From the NCBI GenBank assembly GCA_045106895.1, contig JBGCFM010000016.1, positions 64,001 through 128,000 on the forward strand: DNA of 64,000 nucleotides, in the 5' to 3' direction. The notes under the pieces were generated by a model that saw nothing but the letters and a program-made list of their open reading frames with translations, was not told the DNA's origin and did no database searches. The DNA is from Polyangiales bacterium (GTDB taxonomy: Bacteria > Myxococcota_A > Polyangia > Polyangiales > Houyiibacteriaceae). Position numbers and translations under genes: made by a program. Numbering within the stretch: position 1 is the first letter of the stretch; each line of letters begins with the position of its first letter. Of the stretch, positions 13,779-22,755 are shown one piece after another.

Positions 13779-14441
13779 ATGTCGACACAATCCATGAGAC
13801 ACTTCGGACAGAGGCGAGTCGCTATCGCGGCGGTGGCGCTTCTCGCGTTGTGCGCGGCGGGCTCCGAAGGCACGGCGCAGGACGGGGCTGTCCTCGTCAC
13901 AGAAGGCGTCGGGCCTCGCGCGGCCGCCGGTCTTCGACGTGACCTTTCGCGACGCTGGAATCGACCTGTGCACGCGCTGCATGAACAGGGCGCGAGCACG
14001 GCTCCCCATTTTGTGAGCGTCAGCGTGCGCGGAGGTCAGGTGTTCGTTCAGTATCGGAGCGGTTCGACGATTCGCACTGGGCAAGCGAGTGCCGGAACGA
14101 GACGCGCGCGCTTGGTGCAAACCGTCATGGCTGCGGTGGAAGGCACGGAAGCCGTGGCGTCAGATGTCGGCGAAAGCGCCGAACCCGTGGAAGCTCGCGG
14201 GCCGCAAAGCACCGGCGGCCAAAGCGAGATGATCGGTACGACGCTGATCGCTCTCGATGCGGAACTCAGCGTCCCCAGTGCGCCGAGCGCGATGCGTACG
14301 AGCGATGGGGTTCTTCTGGGGTTGGTCGACGAGTCTTCGCCGGGACAGGTGCTCCTGGCGACGGAAGCGGATCAGGTCGAAGCGTCCGTTGGACGAGTTC
14401 GAGCGGAGTCCGCCGCCGGAGTGGTGTTAGCCATCGAATGA
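13779..14441 (+). CDS. Exported hypothetical protein
   Basis: Abuts the kinase stop; signal peptide; low-complexity C-terminal half. Confidence 0.65.
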   Translation: MSTQSMRHFGQRRVAIAAVALLALCAAGSEGTAQDGAVLVTEGVGPRAAAGLRRDLSRRWNRPVHALHEQGASTAPHFVSVSVRGGQVFVQYRSGSTIRTGQASAGTRRARLVQTVMAAVEGTEAVASDVGESAEPVEARGPQSTGGQSEMIGTTLIALDAELSVPSAPSAMRTSDGVLLGLVDESSPGQVLLATEADQVEASVGRVRAESAAGVVLAIE

Positions 14442-14529
14442 CTTCCGGAACCTCCATCCACTGCCAACACCTACACACACACGAAATGTCGTCGTTTGAA
14501 GACAAGCGGATCGCCGCCAGGAGAGTTTG

Positions 14530-15354
14530 ATGAGAAGAGTTTTGGTCACAGGCGTGCTCGCCGCGTTGATGCTCAGTATCGCGCCAGTCACGCACCTCTG
14601 CGCTCAGGATGGCCCTGGAGCCACCCAGGAACGCCTCGCGCGCGAGCTTCGCGAACAAGGAGTGGAAGCCGCGCGAACTGGTGACTGGCTCACCGCGAAG
14701 GATCGTTTTCAACGCTCCTACGATTTGGACCCTCGGATTCTCACACTCTACAACCTTGCGGCGGCTCAGTTGAACAGCGGCGCCCTCGTGGAGGCAGATG
14801 AGAATTTCCGGCAGTTTCTCCGGGCGACGGACGACGGTAGCCATGCGGAGTTCCGCGCAGAGTCCGAGCGTTCCCGGGCCAACCTGGCCACTCGCATCGC
14901 GACCCTTACGCTCACCGTTGAGAATATTGGTCCCGGAGACCGAGTCGAGATTGGCGGCCAAGACCTAGCGCAGGCGGCGCTCGGTGCGGCGCTTCCGATG
15001 AACCCTGGGTTTCATCGGATCGCGGTGTTCCGGAATAGCGCTCAGATCGCGGAGGAGACGATCACTCTCACCGAAGGCGCGAGCAGCGCGCTCAGCGTGG
15101 ACATCCCAGTGGCGGCAGCCCCGACGGTTCCGACGGCAAGCGAAACCGCGGCTTCCAGCGAGGCGGTCGTGGCTACGAATGTAGACCCTCTTGCCGCCGA
15201 TTCGAACGATGACGGCGGCGGCAATGGCGCTCTCATCGGTGTCATCATCGGCGTCGTGGCCGTCGCAGGTTTGGTGGTGGGCGGCTACTTCCTCTTCCGC
15301 GGCGACGACGAAGAGCCGTTCCAGGGAAGTCTCGGGACGGTGGACTTCCGATGA
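14530..15354 (+). CDS. TPR + PEGA-like protein with C-terminal TM anchor
   Basis: AGGAGA SD; signal peptide; ARELREQG...FQRSY...LYNLA TPR; PMNPGFHRI beta domain; hydrophobic C-terminus. Confidence 0.75.
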   Translation: MRRVLVTGVLAALMLSIAPVTHLCAQDGPGATQERLARELREQGVEAARTGDWLTAKDRFQRSYDLDPRILTLYNLAAAQLNSGALVEADENFRQFLRATDDGSHAEFRAESERSRANLATRIATLTLTVENIGPGDRVEIGGQDLAQAALGAALPMNPGFHRIAVFRNSAQIAEETITLTEGASSALSVDIPVAAAPTVPTASETAASSEAVVATNVDPLAADSNDDGGGNGALIGVIIGVVAVAGLVVGGYFLFRGDDEEPFQGSLGTVDFR

Positions 15355-16634
15355 GAAGCTTTAGAATCAGTATGCTTGTCTGCGCGGCGAGCGTCTTCGC
15401 ATGTGGCGACGACAGCGCAGCTCCTGACGCTGGGACGCCCGACGTACGCGAGCCGGACGTGAGCGTCGAAGAGGACACGGGACCAGACGCTTCGGCGCCA
15501 GTCTGTCCGACACACCTTCAGTTCGTGAACGTGCGCGCTGAAACGCACAACGACTTAGGGTGGACCGGATTCGGCCATGGCCTCCGTCAGAACGACGGGT
15601 CGATCTTTACAGTAGAGGTCATGGGATGCGACGACGAGTGTCGCCGCTGCAGCGTTAGTGGGCCGGTGAGCAACCTAGGCGTAGACAACCGTCGCTGCCT
15701 GGAAGACACACGAATCGTTTGTTCCGCGGATACAGATTGCGGTGACGGAGGACGTTGTCGCTACGTACAAGGACCGCCCCTCGCCCTCAATATTCTCGGC
15801 CGTAATCAGTGCCTTCATCTGTACTTCGACCCAGACGTCGAGGGGGGCACCAGCGTCGAGGGCACGGTCAATCTAGAGACCGGTGCCGTGAACTTCAGCA
15901 AGTTCAACGTCCGAGCGACGGACAACGACAGCATGGGCGTTTGCTCCCAGTGTGTTGGCGACCCGACGATCAATGATGGAATCCCCGGTGGACAATGCGC
16001 GAACGGCGTCGATGGTCTACCCACCGACCTCCTCGGTGAGCTTGGTCAGCCTTGCGACGCGAACGGCTTCGGCAGCGCGCTCAGCGGCACTTACAGCTAC
16101 GACTGCCCGATCAACACCGTCAATCCAGGGCAGAACTTCATTGTACCCGGCATCTCGACGTCCGGTGTTCGCTGGACCTTGGACGGCGCCCGACCTCAAT
16201 GCACGAACCCCGCAGTCCCCGAGGGGCTGCCTTGCTGGTGCGGCGTTTGCGAGGATGGCGTGACTCCGTGTCAGGCGGACAGCGAGTGCGGAGGCGGTAC
16301 CTGTGGCTTCTGGGGAGGGCCCGAGAGCGGACAAATTCCGACGGCCCCGAACACCTGCGAAGGTGCATGCGAATGGGATCCTGAAACATCCCGCGGCAGC
16401 TGCATGTCGACGGCGGCGCCGGTGCGGGTCGGTTGCTTCCCAGCGGCACCAGGGTCTGTGATCGAAGCTCGCGGAAGCGCTGAAGTACGCGGCGACGAGT
16501 ACTTCGTGACGCTCAGCCAGTTTGCCTGCTTGGGACCCTCGGCGTCCGTCACCTCAAACATGAACTTGGGCTATCCAGGCCCCGCGCTCTACTCACAGCA
16601 GTACCGCGTGATCCCGGAATTCCGGACGGAGTAG
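15351..16634 (+). CDS. Cys-rich lipoprotein
   Basis: Lipobox VFAC-GDD; DAG linker; many Cys; ATGA overlap with the previous gene. Confidence 0.75.
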   Translation: MRSFRISMLVCAASVFACGDDSAAPDAGTPDVREPDVSVEEDTGPDASAPVCPTHLQFVNVRAETHNDLGWTGFGHGLRQNDGSIFTVEVMGCDDECRRCSVSGPVSNLGVDNRRCLEDTRIVCSADTDCGDGGRCRYVQGPPLALNILGRNQCLHLYFDPDVEGGTSVEGTVNLETGAVNFSKFNVRATDNDSMGVCSQCVGDPTINDGIPGGQCANGVDGLPTDLLGELGQPCDANGFGSALSGTYSYDCPINTVNPGQNFIVPGISTSGVRWTLDGARPQCTNPAVPEGLPCWCGVCEDGVTPCQADSECGGGTCGFWGGPESGQIPTAPNTCEGACEWDPETSRGSCMSTAAPVRVGCFPAAPGSVIEARGSAEVRGDEYFVTLSQFACLGPSASVTSNMNLGYPGPALYSQQYRVIPEFRTE

Positions 16635-16638
16635 CTTG

Positions 16639-17865
16639 ATGATTAAACGAAGCCTTTGGATCGCGTGCCTGCTGAGCGCATGCGCGACAGACCTCACGCA
16701 GGTCGTCATTAGCGTCGACGTCGCCGTTGGCGTGCCCTGCGATATCGACAACCTCTCGATTCGACTCGAGAACTCCGGCGTCGTTGAGACTCTGGACGCG
16801 GCCGCCATGGCCAGTGGATTGCCGGCGACGATCACAGTGCTCACGGACGGCACAGACGTGACCGACGTGGTTGTTATCGGGGAGCAAGGCGGCGTTGAGC
16901 GCTACCGGGCGACGTCTCGTGTGATGTTGCGGGAGGGCGAGACCCTTCACTTGCCCATCGTTCTGACGGACGAGTGCCTCGGCTCAGGTTGCACCGTGGA
17001 TGGCTCTTCCCTCGCCGCTTTCGTCGATGTGCCTGCGGCTCGCGGAACTCGGGAGTGCGTGGCTTGCACGCCTTCGGACCCCCCGGTCGAGGTTTGCAAT
17101 GGCCGAGACGATGACTGCAACGGTATGACCGACGAAGGCGTCTGCGCCGACGAGGTTGAACGCTACGACGCTGTGGACGTGACGGGCATCGAGCCCTTCG
17201 TCGACGCTTGCAATATCCCAGGGGATACGCGCGGCGTCATCTTGATGGGAGCCAACGAGTCGGAAGTGATGGCGCCGGAGGCGGTCATCGCTGCCCTCGG
17301 AGAGTTTGGTTTCTCCTACTACGGACAGCCGGTCGAGAACCTATGGGTCGGCGACAACGGCTACGTTAGTTTCGGCGAGAGCGCGCCGAACTCTACGGAG
17401 CCTATTCAGCCTGGGAACCTGGAAGGCACCGGCGTGCCGCTGGGAGCACTGATCCCTTTCTGGGAACGCCTCGAGACCCGGGACAGCGGCGTGTGCGTTA
17501 CTCTGAGTGATGCCACCGACCGTCTTGTGATCACGTGGAAAGACGCATGCTTCAGCCCCTGTGGAAGCGCCGACCATCTCACCTTTAGCGTTGTGCTTGA
17601 AGGTGGCTCCGACCGAATCCTCTTCCTCTACGACGAGATGCGCGGCGGCGATCCCGCTCGTGCGAACGGCAGCAGCGCCTCGGGTGGTTTGACGAGCACA
17701 ACACAAGTCTCGGATCGAAACTGCGGAACGAACATGTGCGGCGCCGACGGTCTCTGCGCGAGCGGCGCCAATATGGGGATGCCGTGTGGCTTCACTCCGC
17801 TCTTTTCGAACGATGGCTCAAGCCCGGTCCCTAGCACCGAGTTCTCACCGGTCACCAGCAACTGA
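16639..17865 (+). CDS. Lipoprotein with a MopE-related metal-binding repeat and a nidogen-like beta domain
   Basis: LSAC lipobox; EVCNGRDDDCNGMTDEG; FSYYG...VGDNGYVSF...IPFW...VITW. Confidence 0.7.
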   Translation: MIKRSLWIACLLSACATDLTQVVISVDVAVGVPCDIDNLSIRLENSGVVETLDAAAMASGLPATITVLTDGTDVTDVVVIGEQGGVERYRATSRVMLREGETLHLPIVLTDECLGSGCTVDGSSLAAFVDVPAARGTRECVACTPSDPPVEVCNGRDDDCNGMTDEGVCADEVERYDAVDVTGIEPFVDACNIPGDTRGVILMGANESEVMAPEAVIAALGEFGFSYYGQPVENLWVGDNGYVSFGESAPNSTEPIQPGNLEGTGVPLGALIPFWERLETRDSGVCVTLSDATDRLVITWKDACFSPCGSADHLTFSVVLEGGSDRILFLYDEMRGGDPARANGSSASGGLTSTTQVSDRNCGTNMCGADGLCASGANMGMPCGFTPLFSNDGSSPVPSTEFSPVTSN

Positions 17866-17870
17866 GCCTC

Positions 17871-18785
17871 TCAGGAGCGCATGAACTTGATCATGCGCTC
17901 CGCCAGTTCTGGGCCGGCGTCTTCTTGTAGGAAGTGTCCACCGCGCACGCGGTGATGCGGCTGGTTTGCGGCCCCTGCGACGCGCCGAATGAGCTTCTTC
18001 TCGAGACCCCTCGTGATGGGGTCTCCGGTGGAGAAGAGCGTCAGGAAGGGCTTGTCGAAACTTGCCAGACCTTCCCAGGCGGCGGTGTTGGGCACGTGGG
18101 CGGGGTCTTTGGGGGTAAGGGGAACTAGGGCGGGCATCGCTCGGGGGCCCGCCATGTCTCGCTTCGCTGGGAATGGAGCATCGTATGCTCGCTTCGCGCC
18201 TTCGGTGAGCGGCAGGGCCGTTCCGCGCGCGACGACACTGGAGCAGACGAATCGCGGGACGTGGAGCGCGTAGGTCTTCCACGTCAGAAAAACCGCGGCC
18301 TGGATGAGGCTCGCTTTGTTGAAACGAAGAGCTTTGCCCGTTGGGAGAAAGCCATTGCCGACGACTACGCGCGCAAAACGTTCGGGTTGCTCACCGACCA
18401 TGCGCAGCCCGATGAGAGAACCCCAGTCTTGGACAAAGAGGTTGATCTCCGTGAGCTCGAGCTCGTCGAAGAGTGCACCCATCCAGGTCACGTGCCGCTC
18501 GTAGGAGTGGTCGCGCACCTTCGACGGTTTTGATGAGCGCCCGAAGCCGATGAGGTCCGGCGCGATGACTCGATAGCCCGCCTCAAGGAAGACCGGGATC
18601 ATCTTTCGATAGAGGTAGGACCAGGTGGGCTCGCCGTGGAGCAGCACAACGACCTCGCCGTCTCGTGGACCTTCGTCGATGAAGTGCATCTTGAGACCGC
18701 TGGGGTCGACTACGCGGAAGTGTGGCGCGTAGGGGAAGTCCTCAAGAGACTCGAAGCGGCTTGCGGGGGTGTCGTAGAAGTTCAC
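17871..18785 (-). CDS. Haloalkane dehalogenase family alpha/beta hydrolase (HLD-I-like)
   Basis: [28 protein letters not shown] nucleophile; AYDAPFP; GHFLQED. Confidence 0.9.
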   Translation of the reverse strand: MNFYDTPASRFESLEDFPYAPHFRVVDPSGLKMHFIDEGPRDGEVVVLLHGEPTWSYLYRKMIPVFLEAGYRVIAPDLIGFGRSSKPSKVRDHSYERHVTWMGALFDELELTEINLFVQDWGSLIGLRMVGEQPERFARVVVGNGFLPTGKALRFNKASLIQAAVFLTWKTYALHVPRFVCSSVVARGTALPLTEGAKRAYDAPFPAKRDMAGPRAMPALVPLTPKDPAHVPNTAAWEGLASFDKPFLTLFSTGDPITRGLEKKLIRRVAGAANQPHHRVRGGHFLQEDAGPELAERMIKFMRS

Positions 18786-20404
18786 GCGCCGCGACCCTCG
18801 AGGTAGCGAGCGATGAGCGCGCGTGTTGAGTCGTCATGCGGTGATGCGGCGCCGCCCTCCAGCTCGCCGAGGATCGTCATCGCCAGCTTCTTTCCGAGCT
18901 CGACGCCCCACTGGTCAAACGAGTTCACGTTCCAGACGATGCCCTGGACGAAGATCTTGTGTTCGTAGAGCGCCGTAAGGGTGCCCAAGGTCCGTGGGGT
19001 CACCGCATCCAAAAGGAAGGTGGTGCTGGGCCGGTTTCCGGGGAAAACACGGTGGGTGACGCCGGCGTCATCGAGCTCGGGGTTGGCCGTTCGTACTTGG
19101 TCGGCGCTCCGACCGCGCATGAGCGCCTCACTTTGAGCGAAGAGGTTTGCCATTAGAATGTCGTGGTGTCGGCCCTTGGCGTTGTGGCTCTTGATCGCGC
19201 CGACGAAGTCACAGGGGACCAGTCGCGTGCCTTGGTGGATGAGCTGGTAGAATGCGTGCTGGCCGTTTGTGCCAGGCTCGCCCCAGATGATGGGCCCCGT
19301 CACGTAGTCTTCGATGAGCTCACCCTCGCGCGTGACGCGCTTGCCGTTGCTCTCCATGTCCCCTTGCTGAAAGTAGGCGGCGAAGCGATGAAGGTATTGA
19401 TCGTAAGGGAGAATCGCGTGGGAGTGGGCGTTCCAGAAGTTGGTGTACCAGATGCCCAGCATCGCCATGAGCACAGGAATATTCGTCTCGATGGGGGAAG
19501 TGCGGAAGTGCTCGTCGGCGATAAACGCGCCCTCGAGTAGCTCATCGAAGTTGTCCGGGCCGATGGCGAGCATAATGCTCATCCCGATGGCGCTCCAAAG
19601 GCTGTAGCGGCCGCCGACCCAGTTCCAGAACGGGAACATATTGTCTGGGTCGATGCCAAACGCCGCGACCTTGTCTTTGCTCGTCGAGAGCGCGACGAAG
19701 TGAGCGCTCACCGCAGATTCGTCTCCGAGCCGTTCGATGAGCCACGAGCGCGCGCTCGTGGCGTTGGTGATGGTTTCGATGGTGGTGAAAGTCTTCGATG
19801 CGACGCAAAAGAGCGTGCGCTCGGGGTCGACAACCTTGAGCACTTCGGCGAGGTCAGTGCCGTCGATGTTGCTTACGTAGTGCGGTCGAAGGCCATCCAC
19901 GAAGGGCTTGAGTGCTTCGGTGACCATCACGGGGCCAAGGTCGGATCCTCCGATGCCGATGTTGACGACGTCCGTAAACGTCTTGCCGGTATGTCCCGTA
20001 CGCTCGCCGCTTCGGACTCCCTCGCAGAAGGAGCGCATCTTTGCCAGGACTTCGCGAACGTCGGGCATGACGTCTTCGCCATCGACGACGACGGAGCGCT
20101 CGGAGCGATTGCGCAGGGCGACGTGAAGCACGGGGCGACCTTCGGTGAGGTTGATGGCCTCTCCGCCGAACATCTTCTCGATGAACTCCGGTACCTTCGA
20201 TTCACGCGCGAGTTCGAAGAGCGCCGACAGGGTGTCCTCTGTGGCGATATGTTTGGAAAAGTCAGCGACGATACCTGGGAGTTCGCGCGTCAACTTGGCG
20301 GCACGGCCTGGCTCTTTCTCGAAGAGGTCGCGCATATGAGCGTTGCTCATCTCGCTGCGGTGCTGCTCAAGTGCTTTCCAGGAAGGGCGCTTTGTGATGC
20401 TCAT
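18782..20404 (-). CDS. pgi: Glucose-6-phosphate isomerase
   Basis: [35 protein letters not shown]. Confidence 0.99.
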   Translation of the reverse strand: MSITKRPSWKALEQHRSEMSNAHMRDLFEKEPGRAAKLTRELPGIVADFSKHIATEDTLSALFELARESKVPEFIEKMFGGEAINLTEGRPVLHVALRNRSERSVVVDGEDVMPDVREVLAKMRSFCEGVRSGERTGHTGKTFTDVVNIGIGGSDLGPVMVTEALKPFVDGLRPHYVSNIDGTDLAEVLKVVDPERTLFCVASKTFTTIETITNATSARSWLIERLGDESAVSAHFVALSTSKDKVAAFGIDPDNMFPFWNWVGGRYSLWSAIGMSIMLAIGPDNFDELLEGAFIADEHFRTSPIETNIPVLMAMLGIWYTNFWNAHSHAILPYDQYLHRFAAYFQQGDMESNGKRVTREGELIEDYVTGPIIWGEPGTNGQHAFYQLIHQGTRLVPCDFVGAIKSHNAKGRHHDILMANLFAQSEALMRGRSADQVRTANPELDDAGVTHRVFPGNRPSTTFLLDAVTPRTLGTLTALYEHKIFVQGIVWNVNSFDQWGVELGKKLAMTILGELEGGAASPHDDSTRALIARYLEGRGA

Positions 20405-20469
20405 CGGCGAAGCCTAGAGCACATCGCATTTTTTCGCACGGGCCGCTTTGGGCGGCCCTCGGACCGTGG

Positions 20470-22701
20470 TTACTCGCCGACTTGAATGCCGAGCTGAGAG
20501 AAGAGGAACGCGAATACGTCCGTGTATTCTTCGATCTCTTCGCTGAGTGCCGTGCCCATTCCGTGGCCCGACGTGGCGCTCGTGCGCAGGAGGATTGGGG
20601 TGTCGGCAGCGTTCGCCGCTTGGAGACGCGCGGTCATCTTTCGCGAGTGCCAAGGCTCCACGCGGGGGTCGTTGGCGCCGGTGAGAAAGAGCGTCGCTGG
20701 GTAGGCCGTTCCGTCGGTAACATTGTGGTAGGGCGAGTAGGCATGCAGCGCTTGAAAATGCTCTTCGTTCGTGACGGTGCCGAACTCGCTGACGTTGAAC
20801 GCACCGTTGGGTGAGAGCTCGACACGGAGCATGTCGTAGATGCCCACGTAGGAGACGACGACGTGGGCGAGCTCCGGGTTTTGCACCATCGTCGCACCCA
20901 TCAATAGCCCTCCGTTGCTGCCGCCGATGATGCCGAGGCGTTCACTGGAGGTGTACCGCCGCTCAACGAGGTGACGAAGCACCGCGGAGAAGTCATCGAA
21001 GACGTTTTGTTTGTGTGTGAGGTTGCCGGCTTCATGCCAAGCCGCGCCAAACTCTCCGCCGCCTCTGAGGTTGGCGACGACGTAGATCGCGCCGTTGTCC
21101 ATGTAGAGGCTGTTGAGGGCGCGGAAGCGAGGGACGATGTTCACGCCGTATCCGCCGTATCCGTTGACGACGCAAGGGTTGGTGCCGTCGAGCTCCGTGC
21201 CACGTCGCATGATGATATTGAGAGGTACCTCGGTGCCGTCGGCGCTCGTCGCCATCTCGCGACGAACTTCCCACTCGCTGGCGTCGACGGCGCTGGTCTC
21301 ACGCAACGGAGTGTCCACGACTTCGCCTGTGGCGGGGTTGAGGAGCTTCCACGAGGACGCTTGCACGAAGGACTCCGTGCGGAAGAGGATGGAGCCGTCC
21401 CGGAGGGACGTCATGGAACGAATCGCGCTCACGGGAGCGAGGCTCGGTGCCGTCTGGATTCGTCCGCGGTGGTCGTAGAGGCGTAGTTCGCTTGGGCCGC
21501 CGGTTTGATACGTGACCACGAGACGGTCCGCCGTCGGGACGACCGTCGGCGGGCCCCAGAAATCTGTGACGATGGTGTCTTCGCCCTCGGGGACTACGAG
21601 AGTGGCCCGCTGGAGGTTCGGTCGGCGCACAGAGGTGCGAACGATCTTGCCACGCGGCGCTTCGTTTCGAGAGACGACGTAGAGGTCGTTGCCGGGGCGC
21701 CCACGGGCATCGAGGGGGCCGAAAGTCGCCTGCACAACCTCGTCGTCGAAGGTGCTGAACTGAGTCCAGCGTCCGTTCGTTTCGCGGAGGTACATCGCGA
21801 ACTCGCCCCCGTCGCCATTCTGCACGGTGGCGAGGAGTCGTCCGCTCTCGGGCTGCAGCTGAAGCTGAATCTCCGCGATGCGTGGAAAGTCCCTGCCGAT
21901 CTCGTAGACATCTTCACTCACCGGCTGCCCGATCTCGTGGCGCCAGAGTTGCTGATAGAAGTTCGCATCTTCCGCTGGACGTTCGTCGCCTCGTGGGTAG
22001 CGGGTGTAGAAGAAGCCTGAGCTGTCAGCGAACCAAGCCAGGTCGCCGCCGGCGGTGCCGCCGTTTACGTACTCGATGATCTCTCCGGTGCGCTCGCCGG
22101 TCTCGACGTTGAAGATGTGCACGTCGCCCTTTTCACTGCCACCACGCGAGAGGGAGACCGCGAGTAGTGAGCCATCGTGAGAGGGGATGAACCAGTCGAT
22201 GGCGATGGCGCCGTCGGCGTCCATGGAGGAGGGGTCGACGAGGGTGCGTGCAGAGTCCGCCGCGTCGAGAGAGTCCATGACGACGATGAAGGGTTGCTCC
22301 GCCGGAGGTCGATGCTCAAGGGCGAAGATTTTGCCGCCTGCCTCGGCGAGTCCTCGATGGGTCCGGCTTGGCGCGGCGAGGATCTCTTGGACACGCCCGC
22401 GGATCGCGTCGATGCCAGGAAGTGCCGCGAGGTGGGCCCGAGCGACGCGGTTTTGACCGTCGTTCCAGCTCTGCACATCTGCATCTTCTGGGTCTTCGAG
22501 CCACTGATACGCGTCGACTACGTCGACCTCGTGGTACCGGTTGGTGACCGGGCGGACGTCAGCGACGGGGGCTGTCTCGGGGGCTGTCTCGGCGGCCATA
22601 GGCGCTTCGTCGTTTGCCGGAGGGGCGGTCGGAGGTGGAGCGACGGCGCTCGAGCTGCCGCATGCCGCGAGAAGGAGGAGGCCGAGACGTTTACTTCGCA
22701 T
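20470..22701 (-). CDS. Prolyl oligopeptidase (S9A), lipoprotein
   Basis: LAAC lipobox; DAYQWLED; GYGGY; GGSNGG; DPRV; GHG. Confidence 0.93.
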   Translation of the reverse strand: MRSKRLGLLLLAACGSSSAVAPPPTAPPANDEAPMAAETAPETAPVADVRPVTNRYHEVDVVDAYQWLEDPEDADVQSWNDGQNRVARAHLAALPGIDAIRGRVQEILAAPSRTHRGLAEAGGKIFALEHRPPAEQPFIVVMDSLDAADSARTLVDPSSMDADGAIAIDWFIPSHDGSLLAVSLSRGGSEKGDVHIFNVETGERTGEIIEYVNGGTAGGDLAWFADSSGFFYTRYPRGDERPAEDANFYQQLWRHEIGQPVSEDVYEIGRDFPRIAEIQLQLQPESGRLLATVQNGDGGEFAMYLRETNGRWTQFSTFDDEVVQATFGPLDARGRPGNDLYVVSRNEAPRGKIVRTSVRRPNLQRATLVVPEGEDTIVTDFWGPPTVVPTADRLVVTYQTGGPSELRLYDHRGRIQTAPSLAPVSAIRSMTSLRDGSILFRTESFVQASSWKLLNPATGEVVDTPLRETSAVDASEWEVRREMATSADGTEVPLNIIMRRGTELDGTNPCVVNGYGGYGVNIVPRFRALNSLYMDNGAIYVVANLRGGGEFGAAWHEAGNLTHKQNVFDDFSAVLRHLVERRYTSSERLGIIGGSNGGLLMGATMVQNPELAHVVVSYVGIYDMLRVELSPNGAFNVSEFGTVTNEEHFQALHAYSPYHNVTDGTAYPATLFLTGANDPRVEPWHSRKMTARLQAANAADTPILLRTSATSGHGMGTALSEEIEEYTDVFAFLFSQLGIQVGE

Positions 22702-22755
22702 GGGCCCCGCATATCGCGAGTGAGCCCGGCGTGCACGCCGGCCAATCATGGCCGT

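Noticed and set aside
14473..14482. (AC)5 microsatellite in the kinase cluster spacer
   Set aside because: Too short and intergenic, with no evident promoter geometry to affect.
12030..17865. Kinase cluster as a horizontally acquired island
   Set aside because: Codon usage looks slightly more relaxed by eye, but there is no integrase, tRNA or flanking repeat and I cannot quantify composition.
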